A stretch of DNA of 59,195 nucleotides, the filler included, from Jimgerdemannia flammicorona (taxonomy: Eukaryota), in NCBI GenBank assembly GCA_003990765.1. It is 3 parts of 3 records of this genome, joined end to end, with 100 filler letters (N's around TTAATTAATTAA, not from the genome) between each part and the next. Parts side by side here need not be neighbours in the genome. Positions count along the whole stretch, not along the records: positions 1 to 19,666 come from RBNJ01001879.1; positions 19,767 to 39,432 come from RBNJ01001880.1; 1 more part is not named here. One strand, given 5' to 3'. Below are positions 12,381-24,539 of this stretch, piece after piece. The first letter of the stretch is position 1. Every line of letters starts with the position of its first letter. Both the position numbers and the translations under genes were made by a program. The notes beneath the pieces were generated by a model that did no database searches, was not told where the DNA came from, and worked only from the letters and a program-made list of their open reading frames with translations.

Positions 12381-13064
12381 ACCCATAAATAGCCTAGCAG
12401 TCATAGTATAGTTAGATTAGCATTATACGACGTGACTGTGAACTGACTCAGCAGTCAGATGATCTCTTGACATGTCAGATCACACTTGTACTATGTGACT
12501 GCATTCCGACTCAGCAAGGCACTTAGTGCTACATCCATATCTAGTATTGTCCAGATAGCCCCTCACTAGTATAAATACCCCCTCCCCAGACCTCAGAATC
12601 TCAGACTTGAACAATCCGAACACAACTCCTGAGTACTTCCCCACAATATTCCTTCACACAACTATGTACTCCTAGTATAGCAATATCATGAATAGCAAAT
12701 AAACCTATTCCATAACCCACAAACCACTCTTAAGTAAATCCGCTCTCTGTTCGGTCCCACTCCTAACCCCATCACAAAATTTCCAAATTGGGTATTGTCT
12801 GCAGCAATACGCCAATTCAACTAAGCTGGTCTTAGTTTCTTGAACTTCCTGAAATATGGAAAATCCTGAACATCCAGAACTAGTCTGGGAAAGGACTTTG
12901 GTTGAGATGTCAACCCAATCTTGAAATCAATAAGCATAGAGGATATACTCATATGAAATTGATCTTGACTATAAGAAAACGGTCTTCCAGAATATCCAGA
13001 ATCTCTAGAAAACCCTTCCAGAACTATGTAATGGTTACCCTAAAAAAGTAACCCTCTTACAACT

Positions 13065-13076
13065 TGGTAGCAGCGG
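13065..13076 (+). promoter_or_regulatory. Primer-binding site TGGTAGCAGCGG (resembles the complement of an initiator tRNA-Met 3' end)
   Basis: Lies 3 nt after the LTR end. A near-identical TGGTAGCAGCAG follows the LTR of element D. The tRNA identity is inferred. Confidence 0.7.
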
Positions 13077-15094
13077 TTTATAATCCAATTCCACTTCAAG
13101 ACACTTCCTCACCCTGCTACAAACCCTTCTGAGAATTCCTACAAGTTGGTATAAAGCCCAACCACTGAACTGGAATTTATCCTGAACCATCTGACAATCT
13201 GGAGAGAATTGAACCTAATGTACAAGGACAATTTGACCTCCATACCTGCAACAAGTGGGATAAACTTCATTCAAAGAAAGAAGTACTCCAGTTAAACCAG
13301 CAAATAGATGAAACCCTATTCACCGAACTCCTTGCACTACACCCAGCAAGTCAAGACAAAGAAGGTCTTATTGAAGCCTTCTTTACTCTTCTCAACAAGA
13401 GTTTTGTCAGCTCCACAAATCTGAGCAACCTAGGACAACCAGCAGCAGTCTTTCTAGCCTTAGTTCCTCACAAAGCCCAAGCCTCTGTAGCCAAGTGGTT
13501 CAACTCTACCAACTTTCACCATACCAGGACCAAGACTACCTTATACTACCGATTCCAGAACAGCAAGGCCTGCTATATCCTTAAAGAAGAAGCAAGAGAA
13601 ACCCTTCATCAACTACCTAACCCCAAACCTGAAGCAGGCCCTGCTACAGCCCTACCTGAATCCGAAATCAATACTGAACCTGAACTTGACTTTGAATTAA
13701 GTTCATCTGAAATCAGATATACAACTGATTCTGTCTACTTTGATGCCAAGCAAACCCAATTACACGGGGACCAAACCGAAGAAGAGGAGGAGTATCTCAC
13801 CGAATTCGATCCTGGATACACCACTGAAGGAGACACATGCCCATCAGGACAGAATATACCTACACAGCAACAAACAGCTATCTATCAAGCTCTTACTCCA
13901 GATCCACAACTACTACTCTAGCAGCTTACACAGACTCAAAGAACCCCATCACACTCTGCACCAGTACCTCAAGTAGTACCAGTAACACTACTATCAGCAG
14001 TCCAACCGCCTCCAGCAATCAACATGGTGAACCAATAGATTCTTGACCTCACAGCCCAAGTAGCTATAATGGCAGCAACTATTACTGCCTTAGCTGAACA
14101 GACCTGACCTACCAAAAATCTGAGCCTACCTACCTTCAATGGTACTGTACAAGAAGTCCAAAGCTTCATTAGTATAGTTGATACCAACTTTGAAGCCAAT
14201 CAATGGACCAATGAGCGAGTTGCTGACTGTGTTCTGACAAACAATCAAGACCACACCCTAGAATAACTCTTTGCTACCACTACAGTCTATGTCCGCTGAG
14301 TTGTTACATTCTTCCGAGGACCTGCCGAAGAATGGTGGCGAACCCTTCCTGAAAAACCCCTCACATGAGATACCCGATCTGCAGTAGTTGCTCAGAATGT
14401 AGCAAACAATGCCCCAGGATATGGAGCCCATCCTGCAGCCCCTGGACTCAAACAACTCATGATTGCTCAATATCGCAGCGAAACTATGATTGCTGAATCT
14501 CGAGCAAAACTCCGCAACCTCAAATTCGATGTACATGGCAAAGAAGAATTTGAAACCTTCTGTACAAAACTCGAGTCACTCCTGAACACTGTTGGCCTAG
14601 GATACATTACCAATGACAAAGCACGAAATAGTACAAGAGCAGACCATTTATTTGATGCCCTGCCTGAATGGCTTACTAGAAAAATCTAAGAACAAGGCCG
14701 CCCAGTTGGTTGTGATCACCAACAATGGTGCCTGGCAAGAATCAAGACCATGGTCAAGCGAATCCTAACAGCTGGACCAATTCTGCCCTGAAGGCAATTC
14801 AACAACAAGGAAAAGACTTAGACCAAGAAAGAAGAACCCAAGTATGAAGCATCCCGAGCTCCCTCCACATCCACCTCTTGGACACCCAGAAATCCTGAAC
14901 CCACCCAGCCCAGTACCTTCAAGAAACTTACTGAAGGTGAAAGGAATGAACTTTGAAGAAGTGGAGCATGTTTCTATTGCTGAAAGACAGGACATATGGC
15001 CAGTGCCTGCCCTAACTGAAAACCCCGAACAGCAACATGAACAACTGTCACCACTCTATACCACCTCAACAACCTGACCACCAGAACACTAGAC

Positions 15095-15497
15095 TTTGCC
15101 AAGTTAAGATAAACTGGTAAGGTCCCAACCAAAGGAAGTCAAAAAGCAGCTGGATATGACCTGTATGCAGCTGAAGAAGCTACAGTTTCCAACCAAGAAG
15201 TCAAACAAGTCTATACAGGAATCAGTATCCAAATCCCTGAAGGACATGTTGGAAGAATATGCTGTTACAGCAGTCTAGCACTGAAAGGACTCTCAGTAGA
15301 AGAAGGAGTCATTGACGAAGATTACACAGGCGAAATCATTGTCCTCATTCGAAACCACAGTTGGACACCCTTCAAAATCCCTATTGGTTTCTGCATTGCC
15401 CAGATCTTGTTCGAAAAAATCGAGTCAACCCTGACAGTCAAGGAAGTCCCTGAACTACTACCCACCATCTGAGGATCCAAAGAATTTGGCTCATCAA
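15095..15497 (+). pseudogene. dut: dUTPase domain between gag and protease (element B)
   Basis: Hand translation gives KAAGYDLYA, SSLALKG, GVIDEDYTGEI, IAQILF and EFGSS. Confidence 0.9.
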
Positions 15498-16553
15498 ACA
15501 AGGCCCCAGCCCAACCTACTATGAGCAAAGAAGAATAATTCTACAAGAAGATAGAAGATGAATATGTACCAAGTGGCCAATGCCCTCATGGTATTGGAAT
15601 GTACTCTTCCCGAATGATTGATAATTGCTTCTCTTGTGTCAATAAACTGGCTTAAAGAAGAACCAACAGAAGAAAGGCTCCTATAACTGAAATCACCACA
15701 ATTGGATCAGACAAACTGCTCACCCTTAAAGCTTTTGTCAATGGAGCACCTGTCAAGATTATGATAGACAGTAGTGCCTCAGGCAACTTCATCAATGAAG
15801 AGACAGCCAACAGACTCAAGGTCTTCACCTTCCCTATACAGCAAACTCAAGCAGTTGCTACAGCTGATGGAACCTCACATGTTATTAGCAAAGAAGTCCG
15901 CAATCTACCCTTCTGAATTGGCGACTACCGAGTATATGTTACCCTCCAAATCATACCACTTCCTGACAATGAAATCATCCTTGGGACTCCATGGTTAAAG
16001 CAAGAGAACCCCATGATTAATTGGGTAAACCATTCTCTGACCATCAAGAAAGGACACCACAACTTCAAACTATAAGGCGAAAAGGACTCACTCAACTCTA
16101 GTGACCCTGGACCAAAGATCACCCACATCAACAAGCTACAACTCAAGAAATTGGCCAAGAAATGTCCTCTCTTCACCATCTCCATCTGACCATCCAAAGG
16201 AGAACCTGAGAACTCTGAAGAAGATTTTTCTAAAGTTGACAGCCATGTCAGACCACTACTCCAGAAATTCCGAGACATATTCCCAAAGAAGCTCCCGAAA
16301 GGCCTACCTCCCAAATGAGCAGTAGACCATGCAATCAAGACTATCCCAGATGCCAAACCAGCCTTCAAGTCAATCTACCACATGTCTCCGAGAGAAATTG
16401 ATGCACTCAAAAAGGAAATCAACGAACTCCTAGAACAAGGATTCATCAGACCCAGCGTATCACCCTATGGTACACCAGTCCTCTTCGTTGTTAAGAAAGG
16501 AGGAGACCTATAGATGTGTATTGACTACTGTGATCTCAATGAACAGACCCAAA

Positions 16554-19305
16554 GGCACATCTTTCCTGGTAACATTCAGGTTACACAACCCTTTGGCAAC
16601 ACTTTCGACATAGTTTCTGGAGAAAAGCTACTAGTATCATGGCAACCAACGAGCATCCGGAGGTGCGTACTGGGCAGGGTAGCCCTAGAGCATTTGAATG
16701 GCAGCAAGTGGGGAGAGGCCCCAGCTTGGGGGGTAGTATGAGGGGCCTGCTGGTGGGGGGCCATGGTGGAAGAGGGGGCAGAGCTGGAGGTCAAGGGTCT
16801 GGCAGGGTGAGCTTTGCGGAGAAGGTGAAGGGGAGTCGGTAGGGAGTGAGACTGGAGAGCTGGCTGAGAGGGGGGAAGGTACCGGTGATGGCTTCTAGGC
16901 AGTAACCTCTTGGGGGTGCCTCTCTGGAGGGCCATAGGAGTGGAGCTGGGGGGGTAGCAGCTGGGGTGGGGACTGCTGATGGGGGTGTGACAGGTGATCT
17001 GGAGAAAAATCTAGATGGGACTGCTGATGGTGAGCCGAGCAGTGGGAAGGCCCAGGGACCTGGCGGATGGTGTAACGGGACTGGCGGTGGCCCCATTACT
17101 CAAGAAGTCGATCTTAGTGTTCGCAGTCATACTGTGCTTCTGGGGCTTAGCAGTGACGGCAAAAATGGTGTTGGGGCTTATTACTAAGCAGGTGATGGGA
17201 GCGGCTTCGGTGAAGTTTCTGAAGGGACTGGAGGGGGTAGAGGTGGGATTTGAGGAGGTGGAACTGCTGGAGGAGGTGCTGAAGATTGGGTTAGTGGTTG
17301 GGGAGATGTATGTTCCAATGGCGAGGTGTTTGAAATGGGATCTGAGGGTGGTCCAACTGCTGGTGAAAGGAGTACCCACAGTGATGGTGATGGAGATAAG
17401 GAAGAGAGTGGAGGATGTCATGGCGGAGTATGGAGAGGTAGTGGATATCGGATTCAGAGTCTGGGAAGGGACCACACTCAGGACTGGGGATGTGGGTGTG
17501 AGGATTCGGCTGGCTGGGAAAGAGGCTACCGGGAAGATGAGAGACTGGCCTTCAGTATTGGTCTGGGGGGCTTTCCTGTGCAAGGTGACATGGGTGAAAG
17601 AAAGTGAAGAAGAGGAGGAAGATTTATTGGAAGCACTGGAGGAGCTGGATGGAGCTGTGGAATAGCGAGCTAAGGCCTGGAAGACTTTCGAGGAGTCGAT
17701 ACTCCTGGAGGTGGTGGATGGAAAGAGGATTCGAGTGGACAAGGTGCAGTGAGAAAGGGCTCAGGGGTAGAAGAGGCAGAAGGATTTGCTGGCTAAGCTG
17801 GGGGGTGGACAACAGAAGGATGCAAGCATGAAGACAGATACAGAAGGGGCCGGAGCGAGTGTCTGGGCTGGTGAGAGGAGTGGGAATGAAGGAGCAGGGT
17901 CAGGGAAGGCTAAGGAGGTGAAGATTAGAGACCTATATGCTGACGGCACCTTGGAGATTTGGGATGACGGCTGTGAGAACTCCCCCACCCCTTCCCCTCT
18001 AATCAGGTAGGGCCCAGCTTCCAGAAACAAGCCTGGGGAGGACGTGACGATACTGGGAACCCAGCAGGTGAAATTCAGCATTCTGGAGGTATTGGATGGG
18101 GACCAAGTAGTGGCAGCAGGGGAGGAGGAACTGGTGGATGTCCTGGAGGTGTGGGATGAGGACGCAAGTGCAGGAGCAGACACTATAATGCTGGATGGAG
18201 GGAGGCTGGCGACCCCTGGTGGAAAGGAGGTAGGGAACCTACTTTGGATGTGCCGGATGATGAATAACCTAGTGGCAGAAGAGCTGGGGGAGGTGGACTT
18301 GCATGGGATGGGTGACAAGTACTGGATAAGAATTTTGTAGGAGGAAGGAGTGGCAATGGCACTGAAGGTGGAAATTCTCATGGTGTATCTAGAGGAGGAA
18401 GAGTATGAGGTGGATAAGGAGAGGGAGGTGGAGTTGGCGGTGGTCACTGGGGAGAAGGCTGAGTACTGTTGGAACAGGCATCATGGGTTGCAGCTTTGGC
18501 AGGAGGCTTGCATTGAGTTCCGAGAGGAGTTTGAGGAGAAGGCTAATAAGGAGATGAATGAGCTGTTGGCTGGACTGGAGGCTCAGAGGGCTGAAGAGGA
18601 GGAGGTGATGGCTGAACATAATCTGGACATGGCACAGGAGGAGAGGGGCATGGAGCAGTAGGATTGATTGAGAACAAACCATATTTTATTATGAACAGTA
18701 CAACCAACATTTTTTCTTTGAACGTGAATGGGCTAAGGGGTGCAATTAGACGCAGGAACATTTTTCTTTGGTTGAAGGGATTGGAGGCCAATCTCTTCCT
18801 CTTGCAGGATGTCAGGTGCGAGGATGATGCTAATAGGATGGAATGGACTAAGGAATGGGGTGGTATGGTGATTTGGAACAGCAAGGTTGGGATTCTGGTT
18901 CGGAAAGGCAGAGGGGAGATAAAGGATGTGAGGAGCTGAGGGGAGAGACTGGTCTGGGGTGAGTGGATTTGAGCAGGTTGGGAGCCGGTCACAGTTGGCT
19001 CCTGTTACTGCCCTGCAGTGTGGGGGGAGCATGTGGATTGGGTGAAAGGACTCCTGGAGAGTGGGATCCTTACTGAAGCTGGGTTGGATATGCTTGGAGG
19101 AGATTTCAATATGGTTCGAGATGTATGGCTGGATAGAACTGATGGAGGATGGGGTATGGAGAGCAGGAGTGGGGGGTTAGTGACATGGGAGGAGGTTGAA
19201 AGGCTAGGAGCACTGGTGGATGCTGGTAGGGAGCACTGGGGGGACAGGAGAGTATATATGCATTGGGCTGGAGGTCTGGGGACAAGGATTGATTGGATTC
19301 TGATG
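16554..19305 (+). mobile_element. L1-like LINE family 1, 5' part (ORF1 16639-18661, APE endonuclease from about 18691), inserted in RT of element B
   Basis: 5' UTR nearly identical to 53454-53540. APE motifs SLNVNGL, GGDFN and RIDWIL. Confidence 0.88.
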
Positions 19306-19666
19306 GCCCGTCTTGCCCGTCTTGCCCATGTTACCCGCGTCTTACCCGTATCGTTTTGCCCGTTTTGCCCATCTTGCCTATGTCATCCGACTTGCCATCT
19401 TGCCCATCATGCCCATGTTACCCGCCTTGCCCGTCTTGCCCGTCTTGCCCGTCTTGCCCGTTTTGCCTGTCATTTTGCCCATTTTGCCCGTCTTGCCCAT
19501 GTCGCCTGTCTTGTCTTGCCCGTGTTGCCCATCTTACCCATTTTGCCGGTCTTGCCCATGTCGTTTTGCCCATTTTGCCCATCTTGCCCATGTCGCCCGT
19601 CTTGCCATCTTGCCCGTGTTGCCCACTTGCCCGTTTTGCCTGTTATGCCTGTCTTGCCCATTATGT
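19306..19666 (+). repeat. Degenerate 9-bp minisatellite (GCCCGTCTT/GCCCATCTT)
   Basis: Directly visible; abruptly replaces the LINE sequence and runs into the gap. Confidence 0.92.
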
Positions 19667-19766
19667 NNNNNNNNNNNNNNNNNNNNNNNNNNNNNNNNNN
19701 NNNNNNNNNNTTAATTAATTAANNNNNNNNNNNNNNNNNNNNNNNNNNNNNNNNNNNNNNNNNNNN
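19667..19766. other. Artificial contig linker
   Basis: 44 N + TTAATTAATTAA (stops in all six frames) + 44 N. Confidence 0.97.
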
Positions 19767-19985
19767 AAAAAAAAAAAAAAAAAAAATACCTGCAATATTT
19801 GTAAGTAACTTCATTTTCTCCAGTTTTGGTACAGTATTGCCAAACTTCAGAATGAGAAGCATAGTACAGAATATTATTTAAGGAAGGCTGAATATTGTTC
19901 AAGGAAGTCTAACTTAAAGTATCATCAGTATTGGAAAATACTGATAACTGATCTATTGATATTGATGTTGATATAGTGTATATAT

Positions 19986-22206
19986 TGTGATGTCTACAAT
20001 TGACCCTGTCCAAATTCGGAGTACCCTGTGACCACAAGATCAGATGACATTATGGTGCGATAACTGGTGACCAGCCCAATCCATCAAGTGATTTCACCAA
20101 AAGAAGACAAGATGATCCGAGCCAAAATGAAGACCATGTTATTTAAGGAACCATACTCTGCCTCAGGGATTAGCACCAAAGAACCAAGTACCCACTATAC
20201 AATGCCTCCCATTCGCCGATCCAACCAGACTTCCTGCCGCTCTACCCCTTTGCCTGGCCCAAAGACTCTGATCTTTGAAGCTATCAAGAAGGCCATATGG
20301 TGCCCAGATACTTCCGAACACTTGAACTTCTATACTGAGGACCTTGGACACTTCATCAACTACCAGTATATAATGACCCAACAGCTCAAAGATACTACCG
20401 AATGAATGACCCTCTGGCATGACTATGAAATCAGACACTGTCTTTGCAATGAAACTCAAGAAGATGACCAGGAAGGCCTCATTACTGAGTTGTTAACCAC
20501 CAGCCGGCTAATCAAGAGAGCCCTCCGTGTTTACCAAATCTTCCGCCATATCCCCTGGGCTATAGCACACTTACAAGGAGTGACTGCTGGAAGTCTTGCC
20601 CGCCTCTCAACTGAAGATGCAGACTGGATAAAATCTGAAGTAGCCAACTCTATTGGCAGCAACTGCATCGCCGTAGGAAGTCAACAAACCAAACCTACTC
20701 AGCCAGGTTTCCACACCACCCCACTCCGAGACAACTATCAAGGTCATCTAATAAGTCTTATGGAGATATTTGAAGGACTGCCCATTACCATAGAAGTACC
20801 CATTGGAGCTACCCCAACCACCCACCACTCTGTCAGCCACAATTCACATCTCATCATTTGGGAACTGAATCAAGAAGAAGCCCAAGAGGTCTCCATCTTT
20901 AAAGAGGAAGCCCAAGAACTCCAAGACCCTGCCCCTGAAGAAACCCCCTCTGATACTGAAACTGATGAGTCTCAAGAAGAAGAAGAGGAGCAACAGAGAG
21001 TCTACCAGTCCTCTGTCCGCATTCAAGCTATTCAAGGGTTGGAGAATGTTGTTGAAGATGACTGGCCACTTTTCTACCCCCTCACCTCTTGGCCGGTACT
21101 TCCCCCCTTTGAGGAGAGATATGATGAAGAAGAAATCGCAACCCAGCAAGATTTGCCTGCCGCAGATGAAGGGTACTACTATTCCCTCTAGAAGTACCAC
21201 CCGTCAGCCGTGAGAATTGTGCAGCCTTCATGTCAGCAAGTCAGCAAGTCCGTTTTCAGTATTGCCACCCTCCATAACTGTTTCTGGCAACAATCATCAT
21301 ATTATGTCAGCAAGTCCGAATCCAGCATTACCACCCACAACATCCATATCCAGCACTAGCACTCATCTTATCCCTATTCGGCGCAAACAATTGTCACACC
21401 CATTTTCAGCATTGCTATTCCCTACAATCCAATCTGTAGTAAACAATAGCCTACACCTTGCATTGTGCAAGCCAATAGCATAGCGAAGTTCACTACAACA
21501 TAGTATACCTTAGCCTTAGTCGTGCCCCCCCCCCCATAGCTAGCAAACTTGTATAAATAACCCATATTCTTAGAGTGAATAAACCTCAGTCAGCTTGTGT
21601 TTAAAAGTAAAAAGGATTACTGAGAAACCTCACTGCCTCCAAGAGACTGGATAAATTCTGAGAACAAGATAACAACCTAGAGCAACGGATCGCTCGGAAG
21701 TTTGAGTTAAAGAATTTTCTCTTGCCACGGAAAGAAAACATTACCCGCCATTCGACTGCCATTTGGACCGCGCATTCGACCGCCGCCATTCAAGATTCAA
21801 GACCCAGAAAACCAAGGACCCAAGGATACCCAGCCAAACAAGACCGCAGCCTAAGACCCGCCAAGATATTCGAATGACCGCCAGGAACCTTTCAAGTTAA
21901 CAAGTCAAGACGGACGAGCGAGCCATCAACCTCCATTTTCCCGACCTACTGCGCCACGGACCGCCTTAATTGACCGCATAAAGAGCAAGACCGTCAAAAC
22001 CGTCGCCGCATAGATTCAAGTTCGCCGCCAAGTTATTCGCCGCCCTTTTCCACTAAAAAATTGAGCCATCGACGTCCTGAGCCCATCATCGTTGAACAAT
22101 CGAACGATCTCCCGCTATTATTACCGCACGAATCGAACGACCTGTCACGTGACCATCGACCCGTAACCGCCGCGAACGACATCAACGCCTTCAGATATAC
22201 ATCACG
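19986..22206 (+). mobile_element. Probable solo LTR of a third family (C), about 2.2 kb, with internal ORF
   Basis: Imperfect inverted termini TGTGATGTCTA…TATACATCACG. The TATA/AATAAA block at 21535-21589 is almost identical to that of LTR A, and the layout matches LTR B. No clean TSD. Confidence 0.62.
20202..21191 (+). pseudogene. LTR-encoded accessory ORF of family C (one in-frame TGA at 20403-20405)
   Basis: Track ORFs 20067..20405 and 20406..21191 share a frame. Motif KRALRVYQIFRHIPWAIAHLQGVTAGSLARLS and an acidic C-terminus. Confidence 0.72.
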
Positions 22207-22304
22207 CGCTTCACCAAGTGGCACACATTGAGCCGTGCAGTCGAAGTTTATTATACATAACAGACGCCACAATATGTAGGGAGAGGTGGGTGGTAATGAA
22301 AAAT

Positions 22305-22393
22305 GCGTACGAATGTACAGAAGCGCAGAACGTAAGTGTAACGTGCGTACGAATGTACGGAAGCGCAGAACGTGAGTGTAAATCGCGTACGAA
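22305..22393 (+). repeat. 40-bp tandem repeat, about 2.2 copies (GCGTACGAATGTAC[A/G]GAAGCGCAGAACGT…)
   Basis: Directly visible. Confidence 0.85.
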
Positions 22394-22914
22394 GTGTTGG
22401 GTGGAATGAATGATGGATTACATGTAGAATTAATGCGCACACTGCGCTAATACCATAAAAGGAAACCTACGCCCGATTTACATATGCCTTAAACAAAAAC
22501 ATCGGCGTTAAAACATTTTTGGGCGCTAGGCGCCCAAGACATACCTGCATTCATTGACCTGTGGTCTCGAACGAGCCCACTCATTACCTTCAAACCCTAA
22601 CGTGTATAAATACGTCGATAACTGATTCAACTTATATACACCTCTTTACGCTCCCTTTTCACATACACTCTAGAAGACACATATTCCTAGCACGACTCAA
22701 TTTGTTATTGGTCAAAAAGTCAACGGAAAGACACATAATATCGTCAAACTTTCCATATCGGAACACCGCCAAACATACACTTTCAATGCTAAAACAGACC
22801 GATATCGCATGTATGAAATAGACAACTGTTCCTATTCTCTCGCAACTGCCGACCACAGTTCGTCAACTTGGTTCTCTTCCGTCCTTCCCGATTTGTCTCA
22901 GATACGAGTTTCAT

Positions 22915-23400
22915 GACAGCGTAATGTCGAACGGCTCCCAACCTGAGGACCTACTCCCTATCATATCGACATATTTCCGACTGGTGTATTGGACCGAAGT
23001 TCCACAGTCACTCGGATACACGCCAACCTCCTGCCTGCGCTCGCCGGCGACGCGATAAATCAAAAAACGCCGAATCCAGGGCCAATTCGTCAGCAGACCT
23101 ATGCCAACCCACAATCTTTTCCATTTCCTCCTAGCGCGAATGTCACCTCACTGACGTGCCCCGCAGCCACTTTCTTATCCAGGCTTATTCCGTATAAAAA
23201 CTGTCTAGACTTTTCGAGGAGGAAAAGGCGATGTACATAGCGTTCATCATACCGATAGCATCACCAAACGTAACCCACCTGGAAATTTTTGCGCCAGATG
23301 CAAATTTGATAAGAAGGGATGGCGAGGTGCACCCTGCAATCGTTGTAATCACTTCGGTAGGCTTTGCTATGTCGATGATTAAGTAAGGCGATCCTCATAT
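22915..23400 (+). pseudogene. Paralog 1 of the Zn-cluster gene, disrupted
   Basis: GDAINQKTPNPGP…IPYKNCLDFSRRKRRC*, then KRNPPGNFCARCKFDKKGWRGAPCNRCNHFGRLCYVD; aligns with 28910-29261. Confidence 0.85.
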
Positions 23401-24539
23401 AGACTTTGCCGCCAACTTCTACGGACTCGCTTTGTCGTCAATCGAATTAGCATGTTCCAACTACCATTTGACTAATTTACTATGGTATGCACTTATAGTG
23501 AAAAAAAAAAAAAAAACGACTCCTATTTTATGCATATGGCACATATATTTATAATTGTATGTATATTTGACTAGTTATTATCAGTTTACACATCAATACC
23601 ACAATAAGACTAAAATAAATCGAAATTTTTAAGGCATACATTTCTTTCTCGATTTTGGATTTCCACCTTTAATGACGTGGCATATCTAATTGAGCAACGA
23701 CAGCATATGTGGGTCTCGCGATAGGTTGCACTGGATCGCCAAGTCACAACTTACATATTTATTGTCATCACGGTTCCGTTCCACTGCGTCTTATCCAATG
23801 GGTAATGACTGTAGGTTCCTTCTGCATGAGAACTTCCATACAAGCAACAGTTAGCATAGCTTCTCCAATATTATCTGCGCAGTCAGTTTAGCAAAACTCA
23901 GAAGCTATATTATGAGGTGGCTCGCACTCACACAGTCTTCCATCGAAATCGTGTTCCCGGGTTTATTTGCGCAAGTTTTAAATTCGACATGTTGTCCTTC
24001 CCTCAATGTTTCTATGCAATCGATATTTAAGCCCGATATATATATAATGTGTATATATGTATATGTCTTATTTGGGATGTCCGAAAAAGGAAGAGGATAC
24101 GAAAAGGGAAAGGACTATAAAGTCCAGCCCGGCCCGGCAAAAGCAAGTATGGAAGTTGAAAGAGGAACCCAAGGAGGGAGATGGTGGGCGGGAAAAAGGA
24201 AATGAGCGGTAGAGTGAATGAGTGGTAAAGCGGTAAAGCTGAGTGTCCGATGTGTGTGTCTAAGTAGCGTATGTCTATCTTAGGTACTAGCTAGCGTACA
24301 TGGTTTGCATAGGTTGCCCTTTGGCGCAGAGTGTCTTTGGCGCCGAATGTCTTTGGCGTCGAATGTCTAGGACCGGCGTGTAAGACCTCTCCGCCCACTC
24401 CTAACCTGCGACTGCATGTAATTAATTGATGCATGTCCATTGACTCGTAATCTCGGTTGATATTACATATTTCTACCGGCCATCGACGTTGGATGCGTTC
24501 TTTCGACACAGCGATATGGAGGGGCGCCTGTAGCATTGT

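Larger units (their letters stand above)
11030..16553 (+). mobile_element. Ty3/Gypsy element B, 5' part: 2.03-kb LTR, PBS, long gag, dUTPase, protease, start of RT; cut by a LINE
   Basis: LTR 11030-13061 (TGTAAG…CTTACA), PBS, knuckle CFYC*KTGHMASAC near 14970, IMIDSSASGNFI protease near 15760, SPYGTPVLFV…MCIDY RT start. Confidence 0.9.

Noticed and set aside
17011..18447. Long Ser/Pro/Thr-rich antisense ORFs (also 48025-48871, 49308-50126, 52545-54503)
   Set aside because: Shadow frames on the C-rich strand of G-rich LINE ORF1 sequences.
19293..19722. Cys/Pro-rich or metallothionein-like ORFs (CPSCPC…)
   Set aside because: These are translations of the 9-bp minisatellite running into the N linker.
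19711..19722. TTAATTAATTAA palindrome (also 39477-39488)
   Set aside because: Artificial six-frame-stop spacer. Adjacency across the gaps is therefore not guaranteed.
22305..22393. CRISPR-like repeat
   Set aside because: Contiguous tandem units with no unique spacers, no cas genes, and a eukaryotic context.
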